From an uncultured Acidobacteriaceae bacterium (GTDB taxonomy: Bacteria; Acidobacteriota; Terriglobia; Terriglobales; Acidobacteriaceae), in NCBI GenBank assembly GCA_963794165.1, contig CAWCCT010000008.1:245054-309053 (forward strand): a DNA stretch of 64,000 nt, given 5' to 3'. The position numbers and the translations under genes are program-made. The notes below the pieces were generated by a model. It made no database searches. It was not told the DNA's origin and saw only the letters and a list, made by a program, of their open reading frames with translations. This document shows positions 44,236 to 54,347 of this stretch, one piece after another. Within the stretch, counting starts at the first letter, position 1, and every line of letters begins with the position of its first letter.

Positions 44236-46785
44236 CTATTTTCGGTGCGAGAACGTAGCCGTGATCCGTTGTTCGATGATTTTGTAGCTCACTGGTTTGG
44301 AAATAAAATCGTCCATGCCGGCTGCCATGCAGCGATCTCGTTCCTCGCTCATCGCAGATGCGGTCATGGCGACAATCGGTACGTGAGCACCTACCCCCTC
44401 TTCCCGGCGGATTTCGGTGGTGGCCTGCAGGCCGGTCATCTCAGGCATCTGAACATCCATGAAAATCAGATCGAAATGGCCCTGTCTCCATTGCTGCAGT
44501 GCTTCCAGGCCATTCGTTGCCAGCGTGACGCGATGTCCCATCTTGCCCAGCATAGTCATGGCAACCTTTTGATTCACCAGGTTGTCCTCCGCCAGCAGGA
44601 TCCTTAGCGATTGTGACGAAGCGGAAATCCCGGTCGCCGGCAGATTGACCGTGCTTGCGGGCGTATGCGTTCCGATGGCAAGCAGAATAGCTCCAAGCAG
44701 GTCGGAAGCGCTTAAAGGTTTGGTCAGGTAAGTCTCCACGCCCATTTGCCGGCAGCGCGCTGCGCTCTTGACCTGGTCGCACGAGGTCAACATCATGATC
44801 ACTACACTTTGCAGCACCGGATTCCGCCGCATATGGTCGAGCACTTCCATCCCATCCATCCCGGGCATTCGTTCGTCGAGCAGAAGCAAGCGATAGGGAT
44901 TTCCCTCGGAGGCGGCTCTCAAGAGTTCAGCAAGCCCGGATTCCCCGGAGTCGCACATGTGTGGTTTCATCTTCCATTGACGAGTCAGCTCGGAGAGAAT
45001 CCTGCGATTCGTAGCGTTGTCATCAACGATCAGGGTAGACATCCCCTCTAAATCTTCTTCACGCGGGATGGGTACAACTGGCTGCGATCCAGGCAACACG
45101 TCAAAGCGTGCACTGAAAGTTATGGTTGTGCCCTCCCCGGGCATACTCTTGAGGCTGATCGCGCCTCCCATGAGAGTCACAATGCTCTTGGAGACGGCCA
45201 GGCCCAGTCCCGTACCACCGTATAGCCGGTTGCCTGAAGTGTGCGCTTGCTGAAACTCCTGGAAAAGCTCTCCCTGCTGGTCAAGTGCGATTCCGATGCC
45301 GGTGTCGCGGATAGAGAACTGCAGACAGGCGCGGTCGTTCGTGACCGCCTCCACAGATACGTCGACACAGATTTCTCCATGCTCCGTGAATTTGATCGCA
45401 TTCCCAACCAGATTGATCAGGATCTGAGCCAGACGGACTGGGTCACCCTTCAGGTCGGTGGGCACATGCGGCGCGATGCGCAGGGTGAGTTCCAGGTCCT
45501 TTTGGTGGGCCGGCAGGGCGAGGCTCCTCACCACGTCGTTGACCACCTTTGGTAAATAAAAGGCAACTGCATCGAGAACGGATCTGCCTGCTTCCAGCTT
45601 CGAGTAGTCGAGGATTTCATTAATGATGGTCAGCAGGCGATCTGCTGAGGACTTCACGATCAGCAGGAATTCGCGTTGTTCTTCAGTCAAAATTGTGCTG
45701 AGAGCGAGTTCCGTCATGCCGAGAATGCCATTCATCGGCGTCCGTATTTCGTGGCTCATGTTTGCCAGGAATTGGCTCTTGGCACGGCTCGCCTGCTCGG
45801 CCGCAATCATCGCCTTGGTCAACTCCTCTTGCGATCTGGCATACCTTACCTGCAAGATGGCTGCCCGCACTCCATAAATCGCAACCGTCGCCAGAATGCA
45901 GACAAATCCCAACCATGGGTGCTCCGGGGCAATCTCCACCCCCATCAGGGTGATAGCCAGCGTGAATACCACCGGGCTGAGATTATCAATCAGCAGTCCC
46001 GCGGTCCGCTGGCCGCTGCTCCGTTCACTGTTGTCCGTAGCCGTTTTGTGTTGTTGCAAGGCAAACGAGCCCGCGAGAGCGAGGTAAGGGATTCCCCACC
46101 CGGCGTCTTGCACTCCGTTATGCCAACCGTTCTTCAGCTCGATGTAGCCCACGACAAGACCTACTATCCCATTGACCCAAAGGTAGTGGGAGAGTGTCTG
46201 GTAAAAGCGTCTTCTTGCCTGGCTCGGGTTGGAAAAGAAGCGCAAGGTCACAGCTCCAACCAGAATCAAATTCTCCGCGTTGTTCAGATACATGAGATTG
46301 TTCGCGGAGATGGCCTCGGGACGGGCATGAGAGGGCAATACGGAGAAGAGTTGCAAGTATGCGAGCATCGCTGCTATGAGTGCTTGTGCCCCGTCGAGCC
46401 ATGCGAAACTCTTCAGGCCGGCGTCCGCACTTCGGGAGCAGATAGCCAGCATGATGGGAATTGCGTACGCAAAGAAGAAGAAGTCGGAGTTGAGGGCCCG
46501 GGTCTGCGTGTGTATGTGGGTCCCAAAGTCGTAGTAGGTCAATCCAAGCTCGCCCACCGCTGCGACCAGTAAACCGCACCCGAATAAGAGCCACAATGGC
46601 CTGGTCTCGGTAGATCCACCGTAAGCGCCAAGCAGACAGGCCGTAACGCCCACAAGGGGATACATGAGAAGGAACAGGTTAGACACGAACAACGCACGCG
46701 GCGCAAAGACGAGTAGAGTCGCGTGAGCGGCCACCAGGATCGCGCCTGCTACGAAGAGACTGCGAGCCGCCCCCGCCCCCCTCAC
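44236..46785 (-). CDS. hybrid sensor histidine kinase with multi-TM N-terminal sensor and two receiver domains
   Basis: 849 aa, GTG start. About 8 N-terminal helices. H-box [25 protein letters not shown]. Receivers [25 protein letters not shown] and [25 protein letters not shown]. Confidence 0.9.
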   Translation of the reverse strand: MRGAGAARSLFVAGAILVAAHATLLVFAPRALFVSNLFLLMYPLVGVTACLLGAYGGSTETRPLWLLFGCGLLVAAVGELGLTYYDFGTHIHTQTRALNSDFFFFAYAIPIMLAICSRSADAGLKSFAWLDGAQALIAAMLAYLQLFSVLPSHARPEAISANNLMYLNNAENLILVGAVTLRFFSNPSQARRRFYQTLSHYLWVNGIVGLVVGYIELKNGWHNGVQDAGWGIPYLALAGSFALQQHKTATDNSERSSGQRTAGLLIDNLSPVVFTLAITLMGVEIAPEHPWLGFVCILATVAIYGVRAAILQVRYARSQEELTKAMIAAEQASRAKSQFLANMSHEIRTPMNGILGMTELALSTILTEEQREFLLIVKSSADRLLTIINEILDYSKLEAGRSVLDAVAFYLPKVVNDVVRSLALPAHQKDLELTLRIAPHVPTDLKGDPVRLAQILINLVGNAIKFTEHGEICVDVSVEAVTNDRACLQFSIRDTGIGIALDQQGELFQEFQQAHTSGNRLYGGTGLGLAVSKSIVTLMGGAISLKSMPGEGTTITFSARFDVLPGSQPVVPIPREEDLEGMSTLIVDDNATNRRILSELTRQWKMKPHMCDSGESGLAELLRAASEGNPYRLLLLDERMPGMDGMEVLDHMRRNPVLQSVVIMMLTSCDQVKSAARCRQMGVETYLTKPLSASDLLGAILLAIGTHTPASTVNLPATGISASSQSLRILLAEDNLVNQKVAMTMLGKMGHRVTLATNGLEALQQWRQGHFDLIFMDVQMPEMTGLQATTEIRREEGVGAHVPIVAMTASAMSEERDRCMAAGMDDFISKPVSYKIIEQRITATFSHRK

Positions 46786-47019
46786 TGCATATCTCGCAAA
46801 ATCCCTCCGTCAGGAGCCTCTGGCACTTTTGCCCCCCGCAGAGTTGTGGCAAACGAGACATTCCGCTTCAACTGAACATTCACTGAAGCCAGGTGGCGTC
46901 AGGCTACGTGCGGAGCCCCTTGGCTATAGTCGAGGCCTGGTACGGATCAGCATCCGCCCGCAGCAGAGATCCATGTGACCCTATGTCGGACTTATCGGCG
47001 CCTCCGGTGGACACGCTAG

Positions 47020-47967
47020 TCATCCAGCGCGTGTAGCGAAAGAGGACACCGCCTTTTCCGGAACGCCACCGAATTCGCTCGCGTTAGCGCTGAAGAAGTC
47101 TGCCAGAGTCTGCGCACGACGTCCCGTGACGGTGCGGATTGTATCGGTAACGCGGCGAGCCTCTGCATCGCCTCCTCTTTCAGAGGACCGAAAGTATCGC
47201 CAAAGATGCGACAGATGGTCGAGCGCGTGAGGATTGATTCGCTCTTTCATGGCGTCGGCCCATTGCTCGTCCGTGATGTCGACGTAGCGTATCGGACGCT
47301 GCAGCACGGCGCTCAGTATGTCGACGACTTCCTTCACTGAGGGTGTCGCAGCGATCAGATCGTACGCGCTTTTGGAAGGCGTCTCTGAATTAGCCAGCAG
47401 CGTAGCCGCCACCCGAGCCACGTCTTCCGCTCCTACCAGCGGGATTGTGGCGCTCCCGTCGCCCCACGGCAGAAACACCGTGCTTTGTTCGGAGACGCTA
47501 TTTCTAACCAGAGCCCGCACGTTTTCATAATATGGGGGCGCGTGCAGATGAACCGCTCCTACCTTTGCCCAATCGAAGATGCTATCCGCCAGTCCATGTT
47601 GCATATTGCGAAAGCTCGGCGCCTTGCGCGCCCCCTGGATTTGCGAATTGTTTACCACAAGCTCGGTCCCTGCTTCGCGTGCGGCCATTGCAAAAATCGT
47701 AGTAGCCTCAAGCAGCCCATCCGTGACGGGGTAGGTAAAGTACGCGCGCCTGATCCCAATGAGTGAAGCGCGGACGGAGAGTGGGTCCAACAAATCGCCT
47801 TGCACAACTTCCGCCCCGAGCTCCCGGAGTGCATTGGACCTTGCATCCAGTTTATGAACGAAAGCACGAACGGGAACACCCTTGTTAAGCAGAAGGGCGG
47901 CTATCTGGCGTCCTGTGGAGCCTTGCGCGCCGCCGGCGGCGCCAGTGACGAGGATGGTCTGAGACAT
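47020..47967 (-). CDS. NmrA-like NAD(P)-binding (atypical SDR) protein
   Basis: Internal ATG 47967 preceded by AAGGAGAAG (MSQTILVTGAAGGAQGSTGRQIAALLL). The 509-aa ORF 47020..48549 is an artefactual upstream extension across the next gene. Confidence 0.85.
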   Translation of the reverse strand: MSQTILVTGAAGGAQGSTGRQIAALLLNKGVPVRAFVHKLDARSNALRELGAEVVQGDLLDPLSVRASLIGIRRAYFTYPVTDGLLEATTIFAMAAREAGTELVVNNSQIQGARKAPSFRNMQHGLADSIFDWAKVGAVHLHAPPYYENVRALVRNSVSEQSTVFLPWGDGSATIPLVGAEDVARVAATLLANSETPSKSAYDLIAATPSVKEVVDILSAVLQRPIRYVDITDEQWADAMKERINPHALDHLSHLWRYFRSSERGGDAEARRVTDTIRTVTGRRAQTLADFFSANASEFGGVPEKAVSSFATRAG

Positions 47968-48005
47968 GTTCTTCTCCTTTGTCCAATGCGGTTCAGAAAA
48001 AACAG

Positions 48006-48530
48006 CTAGGATGCAATCGCCCTGGCGCTGAGGACCGGAGCCGCCTTGGTTTGCGGACGCACCAGCCAATACAAAGCCACTAAGTGCGTGATCATCAGCA
48101 TTGGCACGTAGATGACTGGTATCGCATACGCTGCGCCCAACTGTCCCGCGATCGCAGGGAGACCAGCCTGAATGGCGTGGTAGTAGTCCATGATGATATC
48201 GGCCGTCCCCACGACATTGAAGGCGACGACGAACAACCAAAACAGCGGACGTACCCTCACCGTGAGAAGGGCCAGTATGGCCAGGATCCCGGCTGCAAAG
48301 TCGCCGTAAGCGGCGAACGTGGCGAAGCTGGCAGGCAGGTTGGGGCCTACAACCCCTGGAAGGATAAAAACCAGCCCGAAGAAGCGGAAGCTGTGCAGAG
48401 TGGCGATGGCGCGGTGCGCTTCCATCCGTTCCATCGACTTGAGTTTGGGCAAAGCATACGCGCCGAAGCAAAGCAGGCACGCGACATAACCTAAAACCAG
48501 ATGTATTGGAAAAAGCGTTTGCGGTGACAT
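48006..48530 (-). CDS. hypothetical membrane protein
   Basis: 174 aa with five hydrophobic helices. First gene of the unit divergent from tetR. Confidence 0.65.
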   Translation of the reverse strand: MSPQTLFPIHLVLGYVACLLCFGAYALPKLKSMERMEAHRAIATLHSFRFFGLVFILPGVVGPNLPASFATFAAYGDFAAGILAILALLTVRVRPLFWLFVVAFNVVGTADIIMDYYHAIQAGLPAIAGQLGAAYAIPVIYVPMLMITHLVALYWLVRPQTKAAPVLSARAIAS

Positions 48531-48545
48531 TTGACCTCCACTGCA

Positions 48546-48573
48546 CCATAGGATTATTAGAATAATCCTATGG
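48546..48573. promoter_or_regulatory. candidate TetR operator: perfect 13-2-13 palindrome
   Basis: CCATAGGATTATT-AG-AATAATCCTATGG sits in the 79-bp divergent intergenic region. A further ATCCTAT half-site lies near 48595. Confidence 0.5.
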
Positions 48574-48609
48574 ATTCATAATATGATCGCCAGCATCCTA
48601 TAATGAGTT

Positions 48610-49191
48610 ATGCGCTACCGGCCCGAGCATAAAGTCGAAACCCACCAGAAGATTGTGAAAGACGCTTCTCGCCGCGTTCGCACCGAGGGCATCACCGGCG
48701 CCGCAGTTTCAGCCGTGATGCGCGACGCCGGTCTGACCCACGGAGGCTTTTACAAGCATTTCGGAAGCAAGGACGAGTTGCTCATGGAGTCGCTGAGCGA
48801 GGCATTCCGGGAAACAGCCGATCGCCTTGCTCGGATCGCAGAGGAGTCCCAACCAAAAACAGCGTGGAAGGCGATTGTGAAGGCATACCTGAGCCCGGAG
48901 GTCTGCGATCATGCCGAGTACGGATGTCCGTTGACGGCTCTTGCACCTGAATTGGCACGGTCCGACAAGGCGATGAAGGCCTGGATCTTTGAGGAACTGA
49001 AGAAATACAAGAGTCGAATGCTTCCGTTTATGCCTGGTCAGCGACCCGCCGACAAAGAGCGCGCCTTCTTTTCCATCTTTTCAACCATGATCGGGGCCAT
49101 TGAAATCGCGCGAATGCTGCCGGAGCCCCTAATGCGAGAGAAAGTGCTGGCAAGCGCAAGAGACTTTCTCTTGCGCAGCTTTGATTCTTGA
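48610..49191 (+). CDS. TetR-family transcriptional regulator
   Basis: 193 aa. HTH ITGAAVSAVMRDAGLTHGGFYKHFGSKDELL. Confidence 0.9.
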   Translation: MRYRPEHKVETHQKIVKDASRRVRTEGITGAAVSAVMRDAGLTHGGFYKHFGSKDELLMESLSEAFRETADRLARIAEESQPKTAWKAIVKAYLSPEVCDHAEYGCPLTALAPELARSDKAMKAWIFEELKKYKSRMLPFMPGQRPADKERAFFSIFSTMIGAIEIARMLPEPLMREKVLASARDFLLRSFDS

Positions 49192-49250
49192 TTGGCAACG
49201 AGAATAGCCGACGCGTCGCCTCCTCCTTTGTCATGCCGCCGTCTTCGATC

Positions 49251-50162
49251 CTATCTCGGCTCAAGGACCGCAAAGCGATCGGCGTGGTCGATGAAAACGC
49301 GGCTGAAGAGTCCCGTAGTCAGAACACCATCGAACCCCTTTGCAAACGAGTTCTCCTCGGCGGTCGTGCTGAAGAAGGATACGCCCGACAATTGGAGGGA
49401 GCCGATCTTCACCACCTGAGGTGGCAAAGCGGACAAGATCGGCTCCGTTCCATCCACCCCACTCCCGCGTACAAGCACGTCGTGGGAGGACCGCAGCAAC
49501 ATGTATTCAGAGGTGTTGAAGAGGATGGGCTCGTTCACACCGGAGTCGAGCAGCAGGCGAACGGGACGCAGCCCATCAGATAGACGGGCAATGATAAGCA
49601 GCAAACCGGTCATCGCACCAGCCTCGTCTGCCTCGGCCGTAGCGACCAGGGGGATATGCGGACCCTTCACCTCTGCGCGCATCGCCGCCGAGTCGTCGAG
49701 ACAGAGCAGGCGATGTGCATTGTCGATCAGCACGTCGAATTTCTGCAGGAAATCCTCTCCGAGAATGCCCCGCAGGTGCTGATCTTCGGAACGGAGGTTC
49801 TGGAGGTCATAAACCAGGACCTTTTGGTTGGCAACACCTTTAGAGCCGGCTTCGACCAGGGAGAGTTGCGCGTAGGAAGCAGACCGGCCGGATCCGACTC
49901 CTGAAACCGCGGCAGCGCCCCGAGTATCCAGATGAAGTGCGGTAGCGAGAGTGGGATCGATCATCGTGATCTGGGCACCGCTATCCAGGAGGAAGTTGTA
50001 GGGGCCGGTGTGGTTGATGGATACGGCCACGACGATCCGGTGGCGGTCGACGAACCGGAGGGGTACACTGGCGACATTTCCGGGGCAATGGGTTTCTGCT
50101 ACGAGCGCGGGAAGGGTAGTTGCGGCGAGAACCAGGGAAGCGAACCACTGAAAGGTTGACAT
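49251..50162 (-). CDS. secreted retropepsin-like aspartic protease with two D-S-G motifs
   Basis: 303 aa. Signal peptide FASLVLAATTLPALVA. FLLDSGAQITMI in the N-terminal half and LLLDSGVNEPILF in the C-terminal half. Confidence 0.75.
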   Translation of the reverse strand: MSTFQWFASLVLAATTLPALVAETHCPGNVASVPLRFVDRHRIVVAVSINHTGPYNFLLDSGAQITMIDPTLATALHLDTRGAAAVSGVGSGRSASYAQLSLVEAGSKGVANQKVLVYDLQNLRSEDQHLRGILGEDFLQKFDVLIDNAHRLLCLDDSAAMRAEVKGPHIPLVATAEADEAGAMTGLLLIIARLSDGLRPVRLLLDSGVNEPILFNTSEYMLLRSSHDVLVRGSGVDGTEPILSALPPQVVKIGSLQLSGVSFFSTTAEENSFAKGFDGVLTTGLFSRVFIDHADRFAVLEPR

Positions 50163-50286
50163 TGCCAGAGCTCCTCAGCCGGGTTGGCTGAAGGAACTCT
50201 GGGCGCGTGGTTCTACTTGGTCTTGATGGGCTGGTTATTAAATTCTCCGCGCTGATCAGGATCTTCCTAGGGCGGATTATGAATTT

Positions 50287-52424
50287 ATGATGCCGAGTAA
50301 GTCCTTTGTTTTCCGCTTTGACGACGTGGAGGTTCGGGAGCGGGAGTTCACGCTCATCAAGGCCGGGAAGGTGTTGACGGTGGAACCGAAGGCGTTTCGC
50401 GCCCTTCTTTTCCTGCTGCACAATCCACAAAGGTTGATCCCAAAAGAGGAACTGCTCCACACCGTCTGGGGTGACGCCGCCGTTACCGATGGTTCCCTGA
50501 CGCGCTGCGTCTGGCTATTGCGTAGCGCGCTGGGAGATGACATCCGCCAACCGCGTTACATCAAGACCGTAGCCACGGTCGGATACCGATTCGTATGCAA
50601 GGTCGAGGTGTCGGAGGACATCCAGGGCGGTCCGGCCCCCGCCGGCTTGCCGGACGGCGGAGACGGCAGCAAGCCGCCGGATCTCAACACTCAGCCCTCG
50701 GGCGGTCCGACCTGGAGTTTTCGGCGACGTTGGCTGTTTGTCGCTGCCGTCCTGGCCATGTGCCTCGTCGCCACCTTCTGGTACCTGCGCCGCCCGTTGC
50801 CCCCGCCCCGCATCTCGAGATATATCCAGATCACCCACGACGGCCGTAGGAAGTGGCTCGCTGGAGTCGACGCGAGCAGGCTATATGCGAACGAAGTTAC
50901 CCTGAGTTCCATTGAACAGGTTCCGATAGCGGGCGGCGAGTTGACGCAGATCCCGGTTCCGGTGCCGGGGGGGCCCGGTGAGCTGATTGACGTATCGCCG
51001 GACGGTTCCCACCTTCTTACCGGTACCGCAGAAGAAGGGAAGCCGTTCGTTGCCATTTGGAATGTCCGCATTCTGGATGGCTCGTATCGGCGCCTGGGTT
51101 ATGGACTCGACGCTTCCTATTCACCCGACGGGAGTTCCGTGGTCTATACAACTCTGGAAGGAGACATCTGGCTGGTTCAGGCCGACGGAACCGGAGCCCA
51201 CAAGGTGGGCGTGGGCCCGGCGGGCGCCAAAGCCGAGTGGCCCGCATTGTCGCCGGACGGCCGAACCATTCGGTTTTCGACAGACACCAGGATTTGGGAG
51301 ATTTCGTCGAACGGGTCGAATCTTCATCCGTTGCTGCCCGGCTGGCACACCTCGGGCACGCAATGCTGCGGGCGTTGGACCCATGATGGGAAATTCTTCG
51401 TATTCACGTCGAATGAATCGCCGGCGTCCGGATATCAGATTTGGGCTCTTGACGAACGGGGCGGCGTATTACGAAGGCCGCGCGCCGAACCGGTGCAATT
51501 GACTACGGGCCCCACCTCCTGGGGTCCACCTTATCCCGGCAACGATGAGAAAGTCTTTGCATGCGGCTCGATCTTGCGCGGCGAGCTTTCCCGCATCGAC
51601 CCGGTGACCAAAGAAATCAAGCCGTTTCTTGCAGGCATCTCCACCGATAATGTGTCCTTCTCCGGGGACGGTCAGTTCGTAGCCTATGTCTCCTTCCCAC
51701 AAGGTGTGCTATGGAAGGCCAACCGGGACGGAAGCAATCCTGTGCAACTGACGGACCCTCCCATGCAGGTTACGGGTCCTCGCTGGTCACCCGACGGCTC
51801 GCAGATCCTGTTCTCCGCATCCTCTGTCGATCACGTTTATGCCTACACTGTGGCCTCGGACGGCGGTGTCCCAAAACGGATTCTGCCTGACACCGGGAGG
51901 CAAGCGATCCGGATTGGTCCCCGGACGGCAAGAAAATTGTCTTTGATTCAGCGGCGGCAAAGGACGCCAAGACAGGAGACCTGCGGATATTCGATCTCGA
52001 AGCTCGTCGGGTCACAGTTGTCCCAGGCTCGGCTGGCACATGGTCGCCGCGCTGGTCTCCGGACGGCCGTTACATCGTGGCGCTGTCCTGGAAGTCGTCG
52101 ATCCTGCAGGTCTTCGACCTTGAAACGCAGCGATGGTCGCAACTTCCAGTGAAGGGATTTGCGAGATACCCCGCCTTTTCCAGGGATAGTAAGTACATCT
52201 ATTACATTTACGTCCTGTTCTCTCATAAAAGCGACGCCGGCATCTTTCGTATACCTGTCAAGGGAGGCGAAGTGAAACTTGTCGCCGACCTGAAGGATTG
52301 GCGGGCTGTTGGCGATTGGCTGGAACTCGATCCTTGGATGAGTCTCGATCCTACCGATGCCCCGCTGTTACTGCGCGACACTGGAACGGAAGATATCTAC
52401 GGCCTCACTCTGGACGAGAAATGA
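50287..52424 (+). pseudogene. ToxR/CadC-like transmembrane regulator (winged helix + TM + TolB-like PD40 beta-propeller), frameshifted at ~51891-51900
   Basis: The N-terminal OmpR/PhoB-type wHTH (FRFDDVEVREREFTLIKAGKVLTVEPKAFRALLFLL..TVATVGYRF), a TM helix and PD40 motifs (YSPDGSSVVY, LSPDGRTIRF, WSPDGSQILF) are in frame 1. After ILPDTG that frame turns to junk. My translation of the -1 frame from 51900 gives ASDPDWSPDGKKIVFDS...WSPRWSPDGRYIVAL..., joining ORF 52077..52424. Confidence 0.7.
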
Positions 52425-52433
52425 GCGGGATTT

Positions 52434-54317
52434 ATGGCGGCAAATAAGTCCGTTGTTTTCCGCTTCGACGACGTGGAAGTTCGTGAGCGGGAGTTCTCGC
52501 TCACGAAGGCGGGCAAGGTGTCGAACATCGAGCCCAAAGCCTTTCGGGTCCTCATATTTCTGCTGCACAATCCGCAAAAACTGATAACGAAGGACGAGCT
52601 GCTTAATGCTATCTGGGGCGATACCGCTGTCACGGAGGGTTCCCTGTCGCGTTGCATCTGGCTGTTGCGCAGCGTATTGGGAGATGACATCCGCAGCCCG
52701 CGTTACATCGAAACCGTGCCAACAGTGGGTTATCGCTTTATCGGGGCAGTGGAGGAACGGGTTGAACCCAGCGAGAGCGCAATCGCACCCCCCGTTCCGG
52801 GAGAGAGCGACGGTCCCGAAACGGCGGTTCGGGACCAAAGTGCGGAGACGTTCTCCAAGCGGTGGATCTGGATCAGCGCCGGGGCACTCATCCTCATAAG
52901 CATCGTCGGCGTCACCGTATCGGTGTCTTTGCACCGATCGCCCCCGCCCCCGATTCACTCCGTGACAGTGCTTCCGTTTCAGAACCTTTCGTCTGAGCCG
53001 AATACTGAATATTTCGCCGATGGCATGACGGAAGCACTGAGTTCGGAGCTCTCGGCCATTCCGGAATTGCAGGTCATCTCTGATTCTTCGGTGACGCAGG
53101 TGAAGGATAGCCCGCAATCACTGACGGAGATCGCGCGCAAGCTGGGTGTCGATGCCATCGTTGAAGGATCGGTTTTGCGATCAAGAAACAAGGTCTCGAT
53201 CGACGTGCGTTTGTTTGATGCGCGGTCGAACCACCAACTCTGGACGGCAAGGTTTGAAGACTCAGAGGCAAACGTGTCGGCCCTGCAGAAGCACATTGCC
53301 TCAGAGATTGGCTCGCACACCGGTGTGCTTCTTACGCCGTCGCAGCAGGCCAAACTCGCCAGTGCAAAGCCGCTGGATCCGTCAGCTTACGACGGTTATC
53401 TGCAAGGGCGTTACCTGCTCAGCAAGCGAGATTCTGAGGGAGCGGTAAAGATGTTTCGGCGCGCCGTCGTCATCGACCCCGGGTATGCGCGATCCTGGGC
53501 GGGTCTTGCCGCGGGATTAGCAGAACTGACGATGTGGACTGATCCCGCTCAAGGGCTGACACCTGAGGCGAAAGCTGCTGCAAAGCACGCCATCGAGCTC
53601 GACCCTGAGAATGGTGAAGCCTGGTCGGCGCTGGGTCAGATTGCTTTTAACCAGGAGCGGGACTGGAAGACCGCGGAGTACGATTTGCAGCGGGCGATCG
53701 TGCTCAGTCCCAGCGATTCGACAACAGAATCGCGATACGCGAATTATCTGAGCATAGTTGGGCGTCGCGACGAAGCGGTGAGCCACATGCGTCGTGCCCT
53801 GCAACTTGATCCACTGTCCTTCTACAATGTCCGGCACATGGGTTCTATTTTGTACTGGTCACGCCGGTATGATGAATCACTGGAATACATTCGGAAGGCG
53901 GAAGAGATGGAGCCCAACCTGGTGAACGTGACGGTGGACTGGGAGGTCGATGACTACGAAATGAAAGGAAAGCCTGAACAAGCTGTGATGGCGGATCTGC
54001 GGAACTTTACCCCTCCCGATGGGAAGAGATGGCACGATCGCCTGGATGCTGCCTACCGCAGCGGCGGACAAAAGGCTTATTGGGAAACGAGAATCAAATC
54101 CCTTCGGGCCCAGCCAGACTCACCGTGTAGCGCGGCTGGAGTAGCCAGAATCTATGTACTGGCCGGAGAGAACGATAAGGCCCTGGAAAACTTGAACCGG
54201 GCTCTCAACGACGGCTGTTTTTGGCTCTCAATCATGAAAACGGAACCCATCTTTGACCCACTCCGGGGCGACCCCCGGTTCAAGGACATACTAAAGAGAG
54301 TCAACCTCAGCGAATAG
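52434..54317 (+). CDS. ToxR/CadC-like transmembrane regulator (winged helix + TM + TolB-N-like + TPR repeats)
   Basis: 627 aa. The N-terminal ~105 aa are a close paralogue of the upstream gene. TM helix WIWISAGALILISIVGVTVSV. VTVLPFQNLSSEPNTEYFADGMTEAL. TPR-like repeats through to the C-terminus. Confidence 0.85.
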   Translation: MAANKSVVFRFDDVEVREREFSLTKAGKVSNIEPKAFRVLIFLLHNPQKLITKDELLNAIWGDTAVTEGSLSRCIWLLRSVLGDDIRSPRYIETVPTVGYRFIGAVEERVEPSESAIAPPVPGESDGPETAVRDQSAETFSKRWIWISAGALILISIVGVTVSVSLHRSPPPPIHSVTVLPFQNLSSEPNTEYFADGMTEALSSELSAIPELQVISDSSVTQVKDSPQSLTEIARKLGVDAIVEGSVLRSRNKVSIDVRLFDARSNHQLWTARFEDSEANVSALQKHIASEIGSHTGVLLTPSQQAKLASAKPLDPSAYDGYLQGRYLLSKRDSEGAVKMFRRAVVIDPGYARSWAGLAAGLAELTMWTDPAQGLTPEAKAAAKHAIELDPENGEAWSALGQIAFNQERDWKTAEYDLQRAIVLSPSDSTTESRYANYLSIVGRRDEAVSHMRRALQLDPLSFYNVRHMGSILYWSRRYDESLEYIRKAEEMEPNLVNVTVDWEVDDYEMKGKPEQAVMADLRNFTPPDGKRWHDRLDAAYRSGGQKAYWETRIKSLRAQPDSPCSAAGVARIYVLAGENDKALENLNRALNDGCFWLSIMKTEPIFDPLRGDPRFKDILKRVNLSE

Positions 54318-54347
54318 CAAGAGTCCGTTGACGGTCAGGCATGGCTC

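Noticed and set aside
47020-48549. 509-aa ORF suggesting one long protein
   Set aside because: Its N-terminal 190 aa are an out-of-frame read through the separate membrane-protein gene 48006..48530. The NmrA-like domain has its own ATG at 47967 with a good Shine-Dalgarno.
51888-51903. Programmed -1 ribosomal frameshift in the CadC-like gene
   Set aside because: I see no X-XXY-YYZ slippery heptamer or obvious downstream pseudoknot at the junction (GACACCGGGAGGCAAGCG). A mutation or sequencing indel is the simpler explanation.
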